Shown: positions 13,501-23,331 of the stretch, one piece after another | Layout of the letters: the number at the start of each line of letters is the position of its first letter | How positions within the stretch are numbered: the stretch's first letter is position 1 | NCBI RefSeq assembly: GCF_037042905.1 | Contig: NW_026974141.1 | Span: 13,082,001-13,146,000 of the forward strand | DNA: 64,000 bases | Source of the DNA: Lytechinus pictus | Lineage: Eukaryota | Direction of reading: 5' to 3' | Translations under genes and position numbers: made by a program | Notes under the pieces: model-generated | The model's input: the letters and a program-made list of their open reading frames with translations, nothing else | Databases searched by the model: none | What the model was told of the DNA's origin: nothing

Positions 13501-16135
13501 CAGCAACTTCTTCTTGGCGGAACCTGCACAGTACTCCAACTAAGCCATTAGTCAAGTCTGGTCCTTGTAGGAGGTTGTCATTGAGTGAGATTCCTTCACA
13601 CTTTGCTGAGCAATCAAAGACCACACGTATTTTCCCTGGCTTTTTGGGATGATAGACACCAGTATGGGGTACATAGTTTACATTTCCTTGTTTGTAGCTA
13701 GAGGGAGCCCTTTCAGCACATGTTTCAAGCACATCTTTCATGAATTCTATGTAGTCTTCCATAAACTTTGGGTTCCTTCTAAACCTGGCATTTAGTTGTT
13801 TCCATCGGTTCTCTGCTACTTTGCGATTGTATGGTAGCGATGTGTTAGGCGTCTTGAGGGGGAGGGGCATCTCATAATGTCCGTCTGGTCGTTTCCTTAT
13901 TCCTTTCTCCATGATTCGCAGGAACTTCTTGTCCTCCATTGAGATAGACTGCCCTCCCATGTTTTCATCAGCAAAGTCCTTCTCGAGAATCGCAATGACT
14001 TTCTGCGGGCAGAGGATTTCTTTCGCTGTTGACGGGACTGCAAACTTCTCGCTCTCACAACTTGTAGCTTTGTTGCAAACAACAGCACCTGAACTTTCAG
14101 ATGTCAGGCAGACTTTTCCAATAATTCCCCAACCTAGGAGAGATTTTTGAGCATAGGGATCATCCTCCCCTCCAGTGATTACTTGTCGAGGCCGGATAGC
14201 TCTTGGGCAATCATTTCCGATCAAGAGTGACACATCAATGTTTCTATCATAGGGTATCATTTCATCCGCAACTTGACGAAGATGAGGCCAGTGATTTACC
14301 ACCTCCTTCTTGGGTATTTGTGACCTGCTGGCTGGTATTTCCTGTCTTGCAAAGGCCACTGGTAGTTGAATTACATGCTCCTTATTATAGTCTTGTATCT
14401 CCAGACCCTTGATTTTCTTACTTCCGATGTTAGAACTTCCATGCATTGTTGTCAGCTGCAGATTTGTTGAAGCTCCCTTTACGCCGAGTTTGTCACGCAG
14501 TTTCTCTGACATGAAGCTTACATTTGACTGATCATCAAGCACTGCATACACAAGGCACTCTTTACTTGGATTTTCTTGATGTCTCACCCAGACTGGTACA
14601 ATCATACTATGATCTCTGCCGTTTTGATCCTGGATTGAGCATACTGTAGTACAGTTGGCAAACCCTGCATGCTCAGTCTTCTTGGTAGCATAGTGTAGAC
14701 AGGACAGATGGCTACCCCCACATTCCTTGCACGATCGTCGATCTTGGCACTCCTTGATACGATGACTATCTGTCATCCCACATCCCATGCACAGTCTCCG
14801 CTTGAAGAAAAATGCCTTCCGGTCATACATAGGCTTGGTGACGAAATCATCACATTCATCTAGGGTATGGTCTTCCTTACACCAAGGACAGTTTGCATAG
14901 CTTCCATTTTTCGACCATTCCGATTTTACCCTCCTTCCATCTGTAGCGAAGGTTCTTGCTTTAGGACCCAATGCTCCAAGACTTCTCGAGGTTTCTCTGA
15001 GGCCTGCAAGTTCAGGGATGTTGGCCTTGTTAGCTGCCCTTCTCACAAACTCTTCAAACTTTGAGAATGATGGATATTCTTGTTGGTCGATGTTTTCTCT
15101 CTGACGGTCAATCTCATCTCTCCATCTTCCTTCGAGATATACAGGCAATTTCTCTAGAAGTTTGGCATTCTCCTGTGGATAATCTAAGATTCCAAGAGAT
15201 TTTACTGATTGCTTTGCTGCCTTTACTTTTCCTAGGAAATCTGCGAGCTCCATCAAACCGTTTGAATCCTTCGGTCCTATCTTTGGCCAGGCGGCAAGTT
15301 TATTCATGTAGGCTGTGCTAACGATGCTTGGATTTCCATATCTCTCACTTATGAGACTCATCGCTCTTTCATAGCCATCTTCACTTCCTATCAGCATGAA
15401 ATGCTGGACGACATCCTTTGGTTTTCCTGTTACATAATTATTCAGGTACATCAACTTGGTGGTAGATCCCATTGGCTTGCTATCTATCATACTTATGAAT
15501 GCATGCTTCCACATTGGGTAGGTCATGGGGTCTCCATTAAAGATGGGAATGTCTATCTTAGGTAGCTGAAGAGATGCCGACATTTCCTGATTAGCGGCAC
15601 ATTGTTGGAGACTTACGTTGCCGAGCTGAGTAACACATCTTTCCAGTGATTTGGCAATCTGCTCCCATCCTGACTGTTGGGTAGAAGGTACTTGGAAATT
15701 CTGCGGCGACTGCCCCGCTACAAGATTTGGAGGAGGCGTTACATCTGCCTCGCATGACTTCAGAAATCTATCCATATCAGCTTCTTTATTGACATCAAGT
15801 CCTTCCAATAGGGATGATTTCTCCAATCCAAATTCTTCCAGCACTTCTAACTTAGCTTCGTTTTCTGCGAGTTCTATCTCGCAGACTAATGCATCTTGCA
15901 TCTCTTCGTATGCTTCTTGTGCCATCTTGGCTTTTCTTTCCATTTCCTTTACTTTCTTTTCCTTTTCTTTGAAAGACAATTTTGCTTGCATGGCGGCGGC
16001 CTTCTTTTTTAACTCCAACATTTCCAGCTCTACAGAGACCGCTAGACTTACTCCGGTCCTCGTGGAACTGCACTTTGACTTGAGAGATCCGCATTCTTCC
16101 TTATCATGCTTATCTTTTCTCTCCATCATGTCCAT
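10547..16135 (-). CDS. BEL/Pao gag-pol polyprotein (Gag with three Cys/His knuckles, aspartic protease, RT, RNase H, integrase)
   Basis: LPKIDIPIFNGDP (Gag DUF1759-like); CPWCKEDHTLDEC, CMGCGMTDSHRIKEC, CKECGGSHLSCLH; LDDQSNVSF protease; FYVDD RT; HHFSDAS RNase H; HEQVNH..CVLC and DYFGP/SDRG/WE integrase; domain order PR-RT-RH-IN. Confidence 0.96.
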   Translation of the reverse strand: MDMMERKDKHDKEECGSLKSKCSSTRTGVSLAVSVELEMLELKKKAAAMQAKLSFKEKEKKVKEMERKAKMAQEAYEEMQDALVCEIELAENEAKLEVLEEFGLEKSSLLEGLDVNKEADMDRFLKSCEADVTPPPNLVAGQSPQNFQVPSTQQSGWEQIAKSLERCVTQLGNVSLQQCAANQEMSASLQLPKIDIPIFNGDPMTYPMWKHAFISMIDSKPMGSTTKLMYLNNYVTGKPKDVVQHFMLIGSEDGYERAMSLISERYGNPSIVSTAYMNKLAAWPKIGPKDSNGLMELADFLGKVKAAKQSVKSLGILDYPQENAKLLEKLPVYLEGRWRDEIDRQRENIDQQEYPSFSKFEEFVRRAANKANIPELAGLRETSRSLGALGPKARTFATDGRRVKSEWSKNGSYANCPWCKEDHTLDECDDFVTKPMYDRKAFFFKRRLCMGCGMTDSHRIKECQDRRSCKECGGSHLSCLHYATKKTEHAGFANCTTVCSIQDQNGRDHSMIVPVWVRHQENPSKECLVYAVLDDQSNVSFMSEKLRDKLGVKGASTNLQLTTMHGSSNIGSKKIKGLEIQDYNKEHVIQLPVAFARQEIPASRSQIPKKEVVNHWPHLRQVADEMIPYDRNIDVSLLIGNDCPRAIRPRQVITGGEDDPYAQKSLLGWGIIGKVCLTSESSGAVVCNKATSCESEKFAVPSTAKEILCPQKVIAILEKDFADENMGGQSISMEDKKFLRIMEKGIRKRPDGHYEMPLPLKTPNTSLPYNRKVAENRWKQLNARFRRNPKFMEDYIEFMKDVLETCAERAPSSYKQGNVNYVPHTGVYHPKKPGKIRVVFDCSAKCEGISLNDNLLQGPDLTNGLVGVLCRFRQEEVAVVGDIKGMFHQFFVSEEDRDLLRFLWWEDGDPNKNVIEYRMKVHLFGATSSPGCANYGFKKAADDGEAEFGSNAASYIRDDFYVDDGLKSVATPDEAVSVMKASQAICSKAGLRLHKIMSNNKEVLQSFPIEDRAKGIADLDLEVDPLPIERALGVFWCVESDTLQFRIELKDRPLTRRGVLSTVGSIYDPIGLASPVTLRGKQILQDLCRRKLDWDSPLPDDVRPQWEKWRSEISELEKLNVPRCYKPPNFGKVKRTELHHFSDASFDGYGQCSYIRLVNEEDKVCCSLVTAKSRVTPLRQMTIPRLELTAATVSAKMSTFLRKELTVAKPQEFFWTDSQVVLGYIRNEARRFHVFVANRVQQIHDETNPKRWFYVNTEDNPADEASRGMTAKELVESSRWLVGPKFLHEKGEFKIPTEQYKASCEKDDPEVRHVSTLSTMTARANHFEISRLQHISSWQRAKRVVALCMMFKSKLRKREVKRKTSPKLNRPLQRVILTVAEVDAAETEIIRNLQIKHFRDELMVLRNLGSGEQNDRQTARKRNSEIKPISSLYRLDPYIGSDGIMRVGGRIDKAAVPDEIKHPVIMPRNSHMTTLLIRHKHEQVNHMGRGITHNQLRQNGYWVIGGSSAVSSIISKCVLCRKMRGPLQQQKMADLPKDRLEPAPPFTYCAVDYFGPFNIKEKRSIVKRYGVLFTCMASRAIHLEAANSLTSSSFINCLRRFLTRRGPVRQIRSDRGTAFVGARNELREAMRELDQESIQTYLLENGVDWIPFQMNTPSASHMGGVWESQIGTVRRVLEPLLISSGSQLDDESFQTFLTEVESVVNSRPLSTANLCAGDAPEPLTPNHLLTMKAKVVMPPPGKFQREDVYARKWWRRVQYLANEFWSRWKREYLQDIQTRQKWVHPKRDLAIGDIVIVKDCSDTRSQWPLGRVTEAYKCDDGRVRKVKLIMADRDLRKDGKRKHEPRFLERPIHKLVLILADD

Positions 16136-16184
16136 TGTCAGCTTTTTGAATGTTATTCAGCTTGATGCTTAATTTGAATGTTAT

Positions 16185-16757
16185 TGTGGCTGCCTCTATA
16201 CAAGAGGAGTTTCCAATAATATACGACGAATGACAGGACGAGTTTCATATACGATTTACAAAAACTCTTTAATAATAGATGATTGTCGATTTTGATCAGA
16301 AGAATTATTTTGTAGATTAAGCGTTGCAGATAACATTCTGAAAATTATAGAACAGATATACAAGAATCATAAATACACAGACATATTATCTTCTCGTTTA
16401 CACATTAGATTCATATTTACATAATTTAGTTAATCATCATCATTCACATTAAAACAACATCGATTCATCATTATTCTCATAATAAATATTTGGTAATAAC
16501 AGAGTGCAATTAATAATCCAATAAAAGTAATCGAACTTACCAAATATGGCTTTCTGTTTCTTTCTGTATACTTGACACAGCCTTTTTCCTTTTAACGTTA
16601 ATACTGAAACCATGACAAATATTAATAACACGCGCGCAACTATTATGATTATTATTATTATTATGCGCAAATATACATGGCAACCATGACGCAGCAATCA
16701 AGATTAAAATGACACTGATTACGTAACAATTAATGCGCGCATTGCGTCGCAGCAACA
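16185..16757 (-). repeat. 5' LTR of BEL element (573 bp) with predicted internal intron 16338-16540
   Basis: Minus strand: Inr-like TCAGT (about 16607-16603), donor TTTG|GTAAGT at 16541/16540, acceptor TTTTCAG|AATG at 16338/16337, ATTAAA polyA-like signal at 16273-16268. Confidence 0.9.
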
Positions 16758-17724
16758 GGGACTGTTCATCCTGAAGTTCGTTTCAATAAAGCCAGAAAGA
16801 AAGTATAGGCCTAGATGATAAACATTAGTCACGGCTTGCCGAAAATAAAGAAAGAAAAAAATAAGAAAGTTATGAAACTGTAAACGAAAGTTTTGATTTT
16901 GTGGGAATTGTGCGAATTAACAGTGTTTGAAATAAATATTGATTCATGAGCTCCCCCTCTCTGTCTTTGATATTGGATGTATTTGAAACAAAACCATTGT
17001 AGCGATTATCTGTATTCAAAAGAAAATAACATCGTATATTTTGAGAGTTATAATATTATGTAGCACAAACGGAGTGTCAAAAGTTCAGTAGATTATTTTT
17101 AATTTTTAAAGTTTTCGATAAACTCCACTTTTGTACTATTATCAACATTTTGTGTATTTTTTCGTGTTTATGCTGTAGGGGGCTATTTATGTTCCTGTCA
17201 ACTATAATGTTTTGCAGGGCGCGATTATGGAGAAATTCATAATGACGTCTTTATGACACTGAGAGCTGGGGCATTTCAGTTCACTTAATGTGATTTGTCT
17301 TAATATGATCCAATTTTTACTGTGAAAAGAAAAAAAACGATAACAGTATGAGGCTAGGCCACATACAGCTATTAATAATTAAAAGAAATCTTAATAACCA
17401 ATCAATCAATCAGTCAATATTGAAAGAAAGAAATAATTCCATAAGTACATAAGTAAATCAACCAACCAACCAATCAATCAATCAATCAATCAGTCCAATT
17501 ATTATACCATAAAAATCAATTAACAATTAACAATTAACAACCCATTTAACAAATCTCAAAATGTTATATTCCTCTTGTTTATAGGTTAAGGACTTTAGAC
17601 TGAACATTTTATATTTAATTATATTTATCTTTTGGTTATTTTCTTTTATTATAAGTTTTAATGAAAATCGTAGCGAATAGAAAAATGTTGAAATGTTGAA
17701 AAATGTTCTTTCTTTGCTTTCATA

Positions 17725-17865
17725 CAACAGCGCCATCTCTGAACTTCGGATCGACCGGAAATATTGCAACGAAAACACGTCAACAAACTCAATCAAACAG
17801 CTGAATTTTTCGACATTTCAGCCTAATATCGATGGGTTTTGGTCACTTGGAAGCATGAAGTGAGT
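17725..17865 (+). promoter_or_regulatory. Candidate EXT2 promoter and non-coding exon 1
   Basis: CpG-containing island in AT-rich DNA with AGCGCCATCT and CCGGAA motifs, then donor GAA|GTGAGT at about 17860; EXT2 first coding exon starts with an acceptor at 24890, so an upstream exon is needed. Confidence 0.45.
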
Positions 17866-18051
17866 ACAAGTATCATTAAAATTACACATTGATAGGCATA
17901 TTTCTGTGAATAATTGACTAAATAGGCCATGGCCAGTCGGCAAACCGATTTCTGACAATAACTCTGTGCGGGTTCAGTCCCAAGTGTGAAATTTGGTGTG
18001 GTGTTGGTTTTGCTTTTGTGCAAGTTATTTTATTTTTTTTAGATGCATACG

Positions 18052-18948
18052 CACTCCTAGTACCAATGAGGTCCAACATTACATGTATGGACCTCATAGG
18101 CGACATCAGTAGTATTTTTGGTTAGAAATCTCTGAGAACAGGATATTTATATATTATATCACAAGTACAAGCTAGGGCCTATAGGCCTATTCCTTTCTCT
18201 TGTCTTATTTAAATTATAATTTTATATAGTGTAAATGCATCGTTAGCAACAACAAAAAATGAAAGAAATGAAGGGGAACTTACATTTTCACGGCTTTTTC
18301 CTGATTTTCTGGGCAGCTGCTCTTCTCTTCTGACTCGCGATCGAAGCTGATATGAAGATCACGTGATTCGCGTTCTCGTCAGCTGATCGGTTGGTTATTC
18401 TTTTCGTCAGACGTTAATAATATATATTTTATAATGCTAGCATTCATCGCTAATTTAGGTGAAAGAGATTGAAGTTAAACAGCGCCAGGTCGGAATCATA
18501 ATTATTTTGGAAGAGTTTATTTATACACTCGATCTCATACCTGACGTAGACGGCGCTATTCAACAAATGCACAATCTTCAATATAAAAAATAAAACAGAA
18601 AGAACGCCTTGAACACAGGCCAAAATGCCTAACGATTTCTCCGCGGCATTAACAACTATCGTAAAGGGCGCTCCATTTATCAATAAAGATGGATGCTAAG
18701 CTGTCTATGGCGACAAAATTTGCCGCAAATATTTACGAAGAATTGTGAGAAATGGTCTGAAAATGCAACAAAAGAACCGGTGAGTACCGATTAAACATTA
18801 TCAATTTATTTAATAGAACATATTTAATGACTACAATGTAACAATTTCTAGATAATATTGCTTAGTTCTAAGCTAGGGCGGCCCAAATGCGCGTGAGTGG
18901 AGTCCCAGTTTATTAGCACGGTTAAGTATTGGGGTGTCACCTAGAGTG
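18052..18948 (+). mobile_element. Non-autonomous DNA transposon, CACTC...GAGTG ends, copy 1
   Basis: 8-bp TSD TGCATACG at 18044-18051 and 18949-18956; near-identical to copy 2. Confidence 0.85.
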
Positions 18949-19549
18949 TGCATACGTAGGGCCTAGCCACTCCTAGTACCAATGAGGTCCAACATTACAT
19001 GTATGGACCTCATAGGCGACATCACTAGTATTTTTGGTTAGAAATCTCTGAGAACAGGATATTTCTATATTATATCACAAGCACTCTGGGGCTACACCGC
19101 TATTCCAACGCGTGTTGGAAAAGTCGACGCCAGACGGGTACGTTTTGGCCTTGAATTTCCAGCAAATTCATATAAATTACGGCCTAAATTTAGGTCTAAC
19201 TTATTCATTATATACTAATTTCTTAATTATAATGTAAAATGGGTACTCACGGGTTCTTTTCTTTACAAATTTTGTGTTTTCATCGCCTCTTCTGGCCAAC
19301 TCTTGCGATGGCTGTTGTCGCCATAGGATCCTGTACATGCAAATCCAGGGCGAGTTGTCACATGACGCTCGCGAGTCTCTAGGGGTAATGGCCTTTAATC
19401 AAGGCGTTCTTTTTGCTATAATTTTATAATGACGCTTAAATATCGAAATCAATGTAGACGAGTCTGTGCAGGGGCATAACGGGTATATAAGAGGGGGCAT
19501 AGCACATGTCGCGTGTGGAAGATAATAGTTACGTAATGTAAGTCCCGAG

Positions 19550-19741
19550 CACTAGCGTACCTAGGGGGCAGTCTGCCCCCCCCCCCCCCCCCCGATGAGT
19601 CACAAACCCATGCAAATGACGTATCTCTGCCCCCCCTGACGAGCTTGAAGACCTTTTTTTTTTTTTTTTTTTTTTTTTTGCTTGTCTAATTTTTTGGCGG
19701 CCGATTTTGCCCCCCTGTGGAAAATCCTAGGTACGCCACTG
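19550..19741. mobile_element. hAT-like MITE (CAGTGGCGTACCTAGG-type TIR)
   Basis: Terminal inverted repeats; second copy at 56366-56627. Confidence 0.7.
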
Positions 19742-20079
19742 CCCGCACTACATGCATGTTGGTAGCACTGGGACCTCTGGATATTAACTAATCCAATTTA
19801 ATTACAGATGGCAGATTTTTTTATTATCTGAGTAGATCCCCCCCCCCCGGATTATTTGTTCTCACATGACTTTCCTTCCATTTTACATTTCCTTTCGTTC
19901 TTTCTTTCTTTCATTTTTTCTTTCTTTCTTTCTTCCTTCCTTTGCTCTTATCATGTTTTTTTTTCAGGTGAAATCCACTCGGGGGATGGCCAGCCATGCC
20001 CCCATCTGTTTACGCCTCTGAGATGTAGGCTATACTCATGATCTTAATCTTCGATTTTCCAAAGTAGGGGGGGTGCATT

Positions 20080-21030
20080 TTTTCAAGTAAAATTTGACAA
20101 CCCCCCAAAAAAAGGTTATCACAGAAAAATGGTCATTTTGTCTCGCGTAAGATTTGACAAGTAAAACAAAAAAGATAGTTACTAAAAATAAAAGACTGTC
20201 ATTTTGTCCGTGTAATATTTGGCAAGCCTCCCCCCCCCAAGGTTAACATATCGGAGGCGCGATAGCTCAGTCGGTAGAGCGGGGGTTTCGGATTCCGGTG
20301 ACCCAGGTTCGATTACCAAGTGGTGCGCTAGTGCCCTTTGATAAGGCATTTATCCTCATTACCAGGTCCCTCGGAGAGAACCTTAAGCCGTCGGTCCCCT
20401 GGTTGCTTGCTCACAGGCATTCGTGCTTGTTTAGCAGTCAGGTAAAAAATCTCGATATAACATAACATTAAAAAAAAGTGAAGGTCATTTTGTCCTGCGT
20501 GAAATTTTAAAAGTAATAAAAAGATGGTCACTAAAATTGAAGTTCATTTTGTTTGTGAAATATTTGGCAAGCCCCCCCCCAAAAAAAAAAAGGTTTTAAC
20601 TAAAAATGATTGAAGGCCATTTTGTTCCTCTTAAAATTTGTCAAGTATAAAAAAAAATCACTAAAAAATGAAGGTCATTTGTCCCACGTAAAATTTGACA
20701 AGCCCCCCCCTAAAAAAAAAAAATGAAAGGTAACTGATAATGATTGAAGATCATTTTTTTCTTGCGTAAAATTTTACAAAAAAAGTGTGTCACTATTTGG
20801 CGAGCCCCCTACCCCCCCCCCCAAAAAAAAGGTTTAACTAATAATGATTGAAGGTCATTTTCTCTCTCGTAAAATTTGACAAATAAAAAAAAAGTTGTCA
20901 CTAAAAAAAGAAGGCCATCTTGCCGCGCGTTATATTTGGCAAGCCCCCACCCCCCCCCCCCCCGAAAAAAGTTTGTCATTAAATATAGAAAGTCATGTTG
21001 TTCAAAGTAAAATAAATTTGAGAAGCAAAA
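20080..21030. repeat. Degenerate ~60-bp minisatellite interrupted by a SINE
   Basis: Recurrent AAATTTGACAAG-C(n)-A(n)-GGT...GAAGGTCATTTTGT units. Confidence 0.75.
20253..20470 (+). mobile_element. tRNA-derived SINE
   Basis: A box TAGCTCAGTCGG, B box GGTTCGATTAC, non-tRNA body, AT-rich tail. Confidence 0.8.
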
Positions 21031-23331
21031 AAGAAAAGGACAAAAAAGAGCAAAGAATATGAACAAAATATCCCCATTACAAATATTGCTGTGATTCTCA
21101 TAAGGAGGTGGGGGGGGGGGGGGGGACATAACTTTGTACGAACGACATATTTTTTTTTACATCCAAAATATTGACTATGAATCTCAAAAGGTGGAACGGG
21201 CCAGAAATGCTCAACCACCCCCCCCCCTCCGATCTGCCACTGATTCCAATCGATAATGACTTTTCCCTGCAATACTGATGCTTGAAATCAAGATACTGAA
21301 GATTGATATATTGTAATATAAATTATGAACGTCTGACAAAAAGATAACCAACCGATCACCTGACCGATCAGCTGACCAGTACGTGAATCACATCGGAGTT
21401 GATCAGTCCCCACAGCGTTTGGAACGCTCACCAAGAATTCAAGAAAAAAGACTGAAAATGTAAGTTTAACCTCAATCCATTAACTTTTAACCATTGTAAT
21501 AGATTATTTAAGATGTTAAGAACTAATTTATACCAAAATTTTTACCATCCAATTTGTATTAAGGCGTACATTTGCCAAAGTCCTTGTGTGCAAATAGAAA
21601 CGGCAATGTCTAACCGGTTTTATCACTTATGTCGCCTATGAGGTCCATACATGTAATGTTGGACCTCATTGGTACTAGGAGTGATCACAAGTACAAGCTA
21701 TATTCCTTTCTCTTATTTAAATTATAATTTTATAGTGTAAATGCATCGTTACTGACGTTAGCAACAACAAAAAATGAAAGAAATGAAGGGGAACTTACAT
21801 TTTCACAGCTTTTTCCTGATTTTCTGGGCAGTTGCTCTTCACTTCTGACTCGCGATCGAAGCTGATATGAAGATCACGTGATTCGCGTTCTCGTCAGCTG
21901 ATCGGTTGATTATTCTTTTTGTCAGACGAAATAATATATATTTTATAATGCTAGCATTCATCGCTAATTTAGGTGAAAGAGATTGAAGTTAAACAGCGCC
22001 AGGTCGGAATCATAATTATTTTGGAAGAGTGTATTTATACACTCGATCTCATACCTGACGTAGACGGCGCTATTCAACAAATGCACAATCTTCAATATAA
22101 AAAATAAAACAGAAAGAACGCCTTGAACACAGGCCAAAATGCCTAACGATTTCTCCGCGGCATTAACAACTATCGTAAAGGGCGCTCCATTTATTAATAA
22201 AGATGGACGTATAGCTGTCTATGGCGACAAAATTTGCCGCAAATATTTACGAAGAATTGTGAGAAATGGTCTGAAAATGCAACAAAAGAACCGGTGAGTA
22301 CCGATTAAACATTATCAATTTATTTAATAGAACATATTTTATGACTAGAGTTCAACAATTTCTAGATAATATTGCTTAGTTCTAAGCTAGGGCGGCCCAA
22401 ATGCGCGTGAGTGGAGTCCCAGTTTATTAACGCGGGTAAGTATTGGGGTGTCACCTAGAGTGGGCCTAGCCTACTGCAAGAAAGAATGAATAAAAGAATA
22501 AGTGAAAGTATGGGAGGAAGATGAGTGGAAAACGAAGTGAAGAACAAAAAATGAAGCAATGCAGGATAGAAAAAAGACACAGAGAAAAAAGGAACAAACA
22601 GAAGAAAAAAGGGAAAAAGAAAGGAAAGAAAAAGAGAATTAATAATTGAATTATACTATAACTGAGTATAAGAGCATTTCATTGGTGTGAAATTTGAATT
22701 TTGACAGTTTTATGGAGGTTCACAGAGCCAAACTTTTGTAAAGCCCCCTAAGCTTAGAGGTACTACTGGTATTAGTGTAGAACCATTAGCTGCGGGCATG
22801 TGGCCAGCTAGCTACATGTATAGTAGGCCTCACTCATTCAATGAACAAGGTTATGATATAACCTTGTTCTCAGAAACATCTCCATGTGTGGCAAAATAAG
22901 GTTGACAATGTTTGGCTTATTTTCTCTTTTTCTTTTGGACAAACGCTTGATTTTTTTTACACTGTCAGTTTCCATTACAGCTTTTCATTATATAACTTGG
23001 CTCTTAAGTAAATTTGATTCTTTAAATTATTTCTTCTTTATTGAAAATAGAGCTTGAAAAATGAAAATTTTCTTGCCATATTACTTTCCACCAATAGAGG
23101 GCGTGCACAAAAATATGCCCAAAATTCAAGTTTTTGAGCGCTCTGGTCAATACAAAAATTATTCTAAGTTACTAATAAAAAATTGAATTGCAACTGTATG
23201 GAAATTAATAATTTTGGTCACAAAAGTGATATTTTAATGATTTTTTAAAGTGTGTGCTCTATACAGCATTGGCATACCATAGTCCTACCCGTAGATTCCC
23301 CACAGGCACGATGGTAGCAGTGAGCCAGTGG

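Larger units (their letters stand above)
9260..16757 (-). mobile_element. Full-length BEL/Pao LTR retrotransposon
   Basis: TG...CA LTRs at 9260-9832 and 16185-16757; 5-bp TSD GGGAC (9255-9259, 16758-16762); single intact 1862-aa gag-pol ORF. Confidence 0.97.
19082..21683 (-). mobile_element. Diverged inverted member of the same family nested in copy 2
   Basis: 8-bp TSD ATCACAAG at 19074-19081 and 21684-21691; terminal 55 bp (21629-21683) are the reverse complement of the copy 1/2 left end; itself carries MITE, SINE and minisatellite insertions. Confidence 0.82.
18968..22462 (+). mobile_element. Same element, copy 2, interrupted by a nested relative
   Basis: 8-bp TSD GGCCTAGC at 18960-18967 and 22463-22470; 18968-19081 joined to 21692-22462 reconstitutes copy 1. 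Confidence 0.85.

Noticed and set aside
10780-16172. Antisense ORFs within the BEL and LINE coding regions (e.g. 11739-12275, 15651-16172)
   Set aside because: Expected shadow ORFs of long coding sequences; no recognisable motifs
20253-20330. Possible tRNA gene
   Set aside because: A and B boxes are present, but there is no clean acceptor stem and it continues into a SINE body and tail; the same applies to 28418, 31815 and 62564
20080-21030. CRISPR-like repeat-spacer appearance (also 407-560, 51900-52400)
   Set aside because: Eukaryotic context, degenerate head-to-tail units without unique spacers, no cas genes
18968-21683. Single element bounded by perfect 55-bp TIRs
   Set aside because: No TSD flanks this pair; TSDs show the two ends belong to separate nested elements
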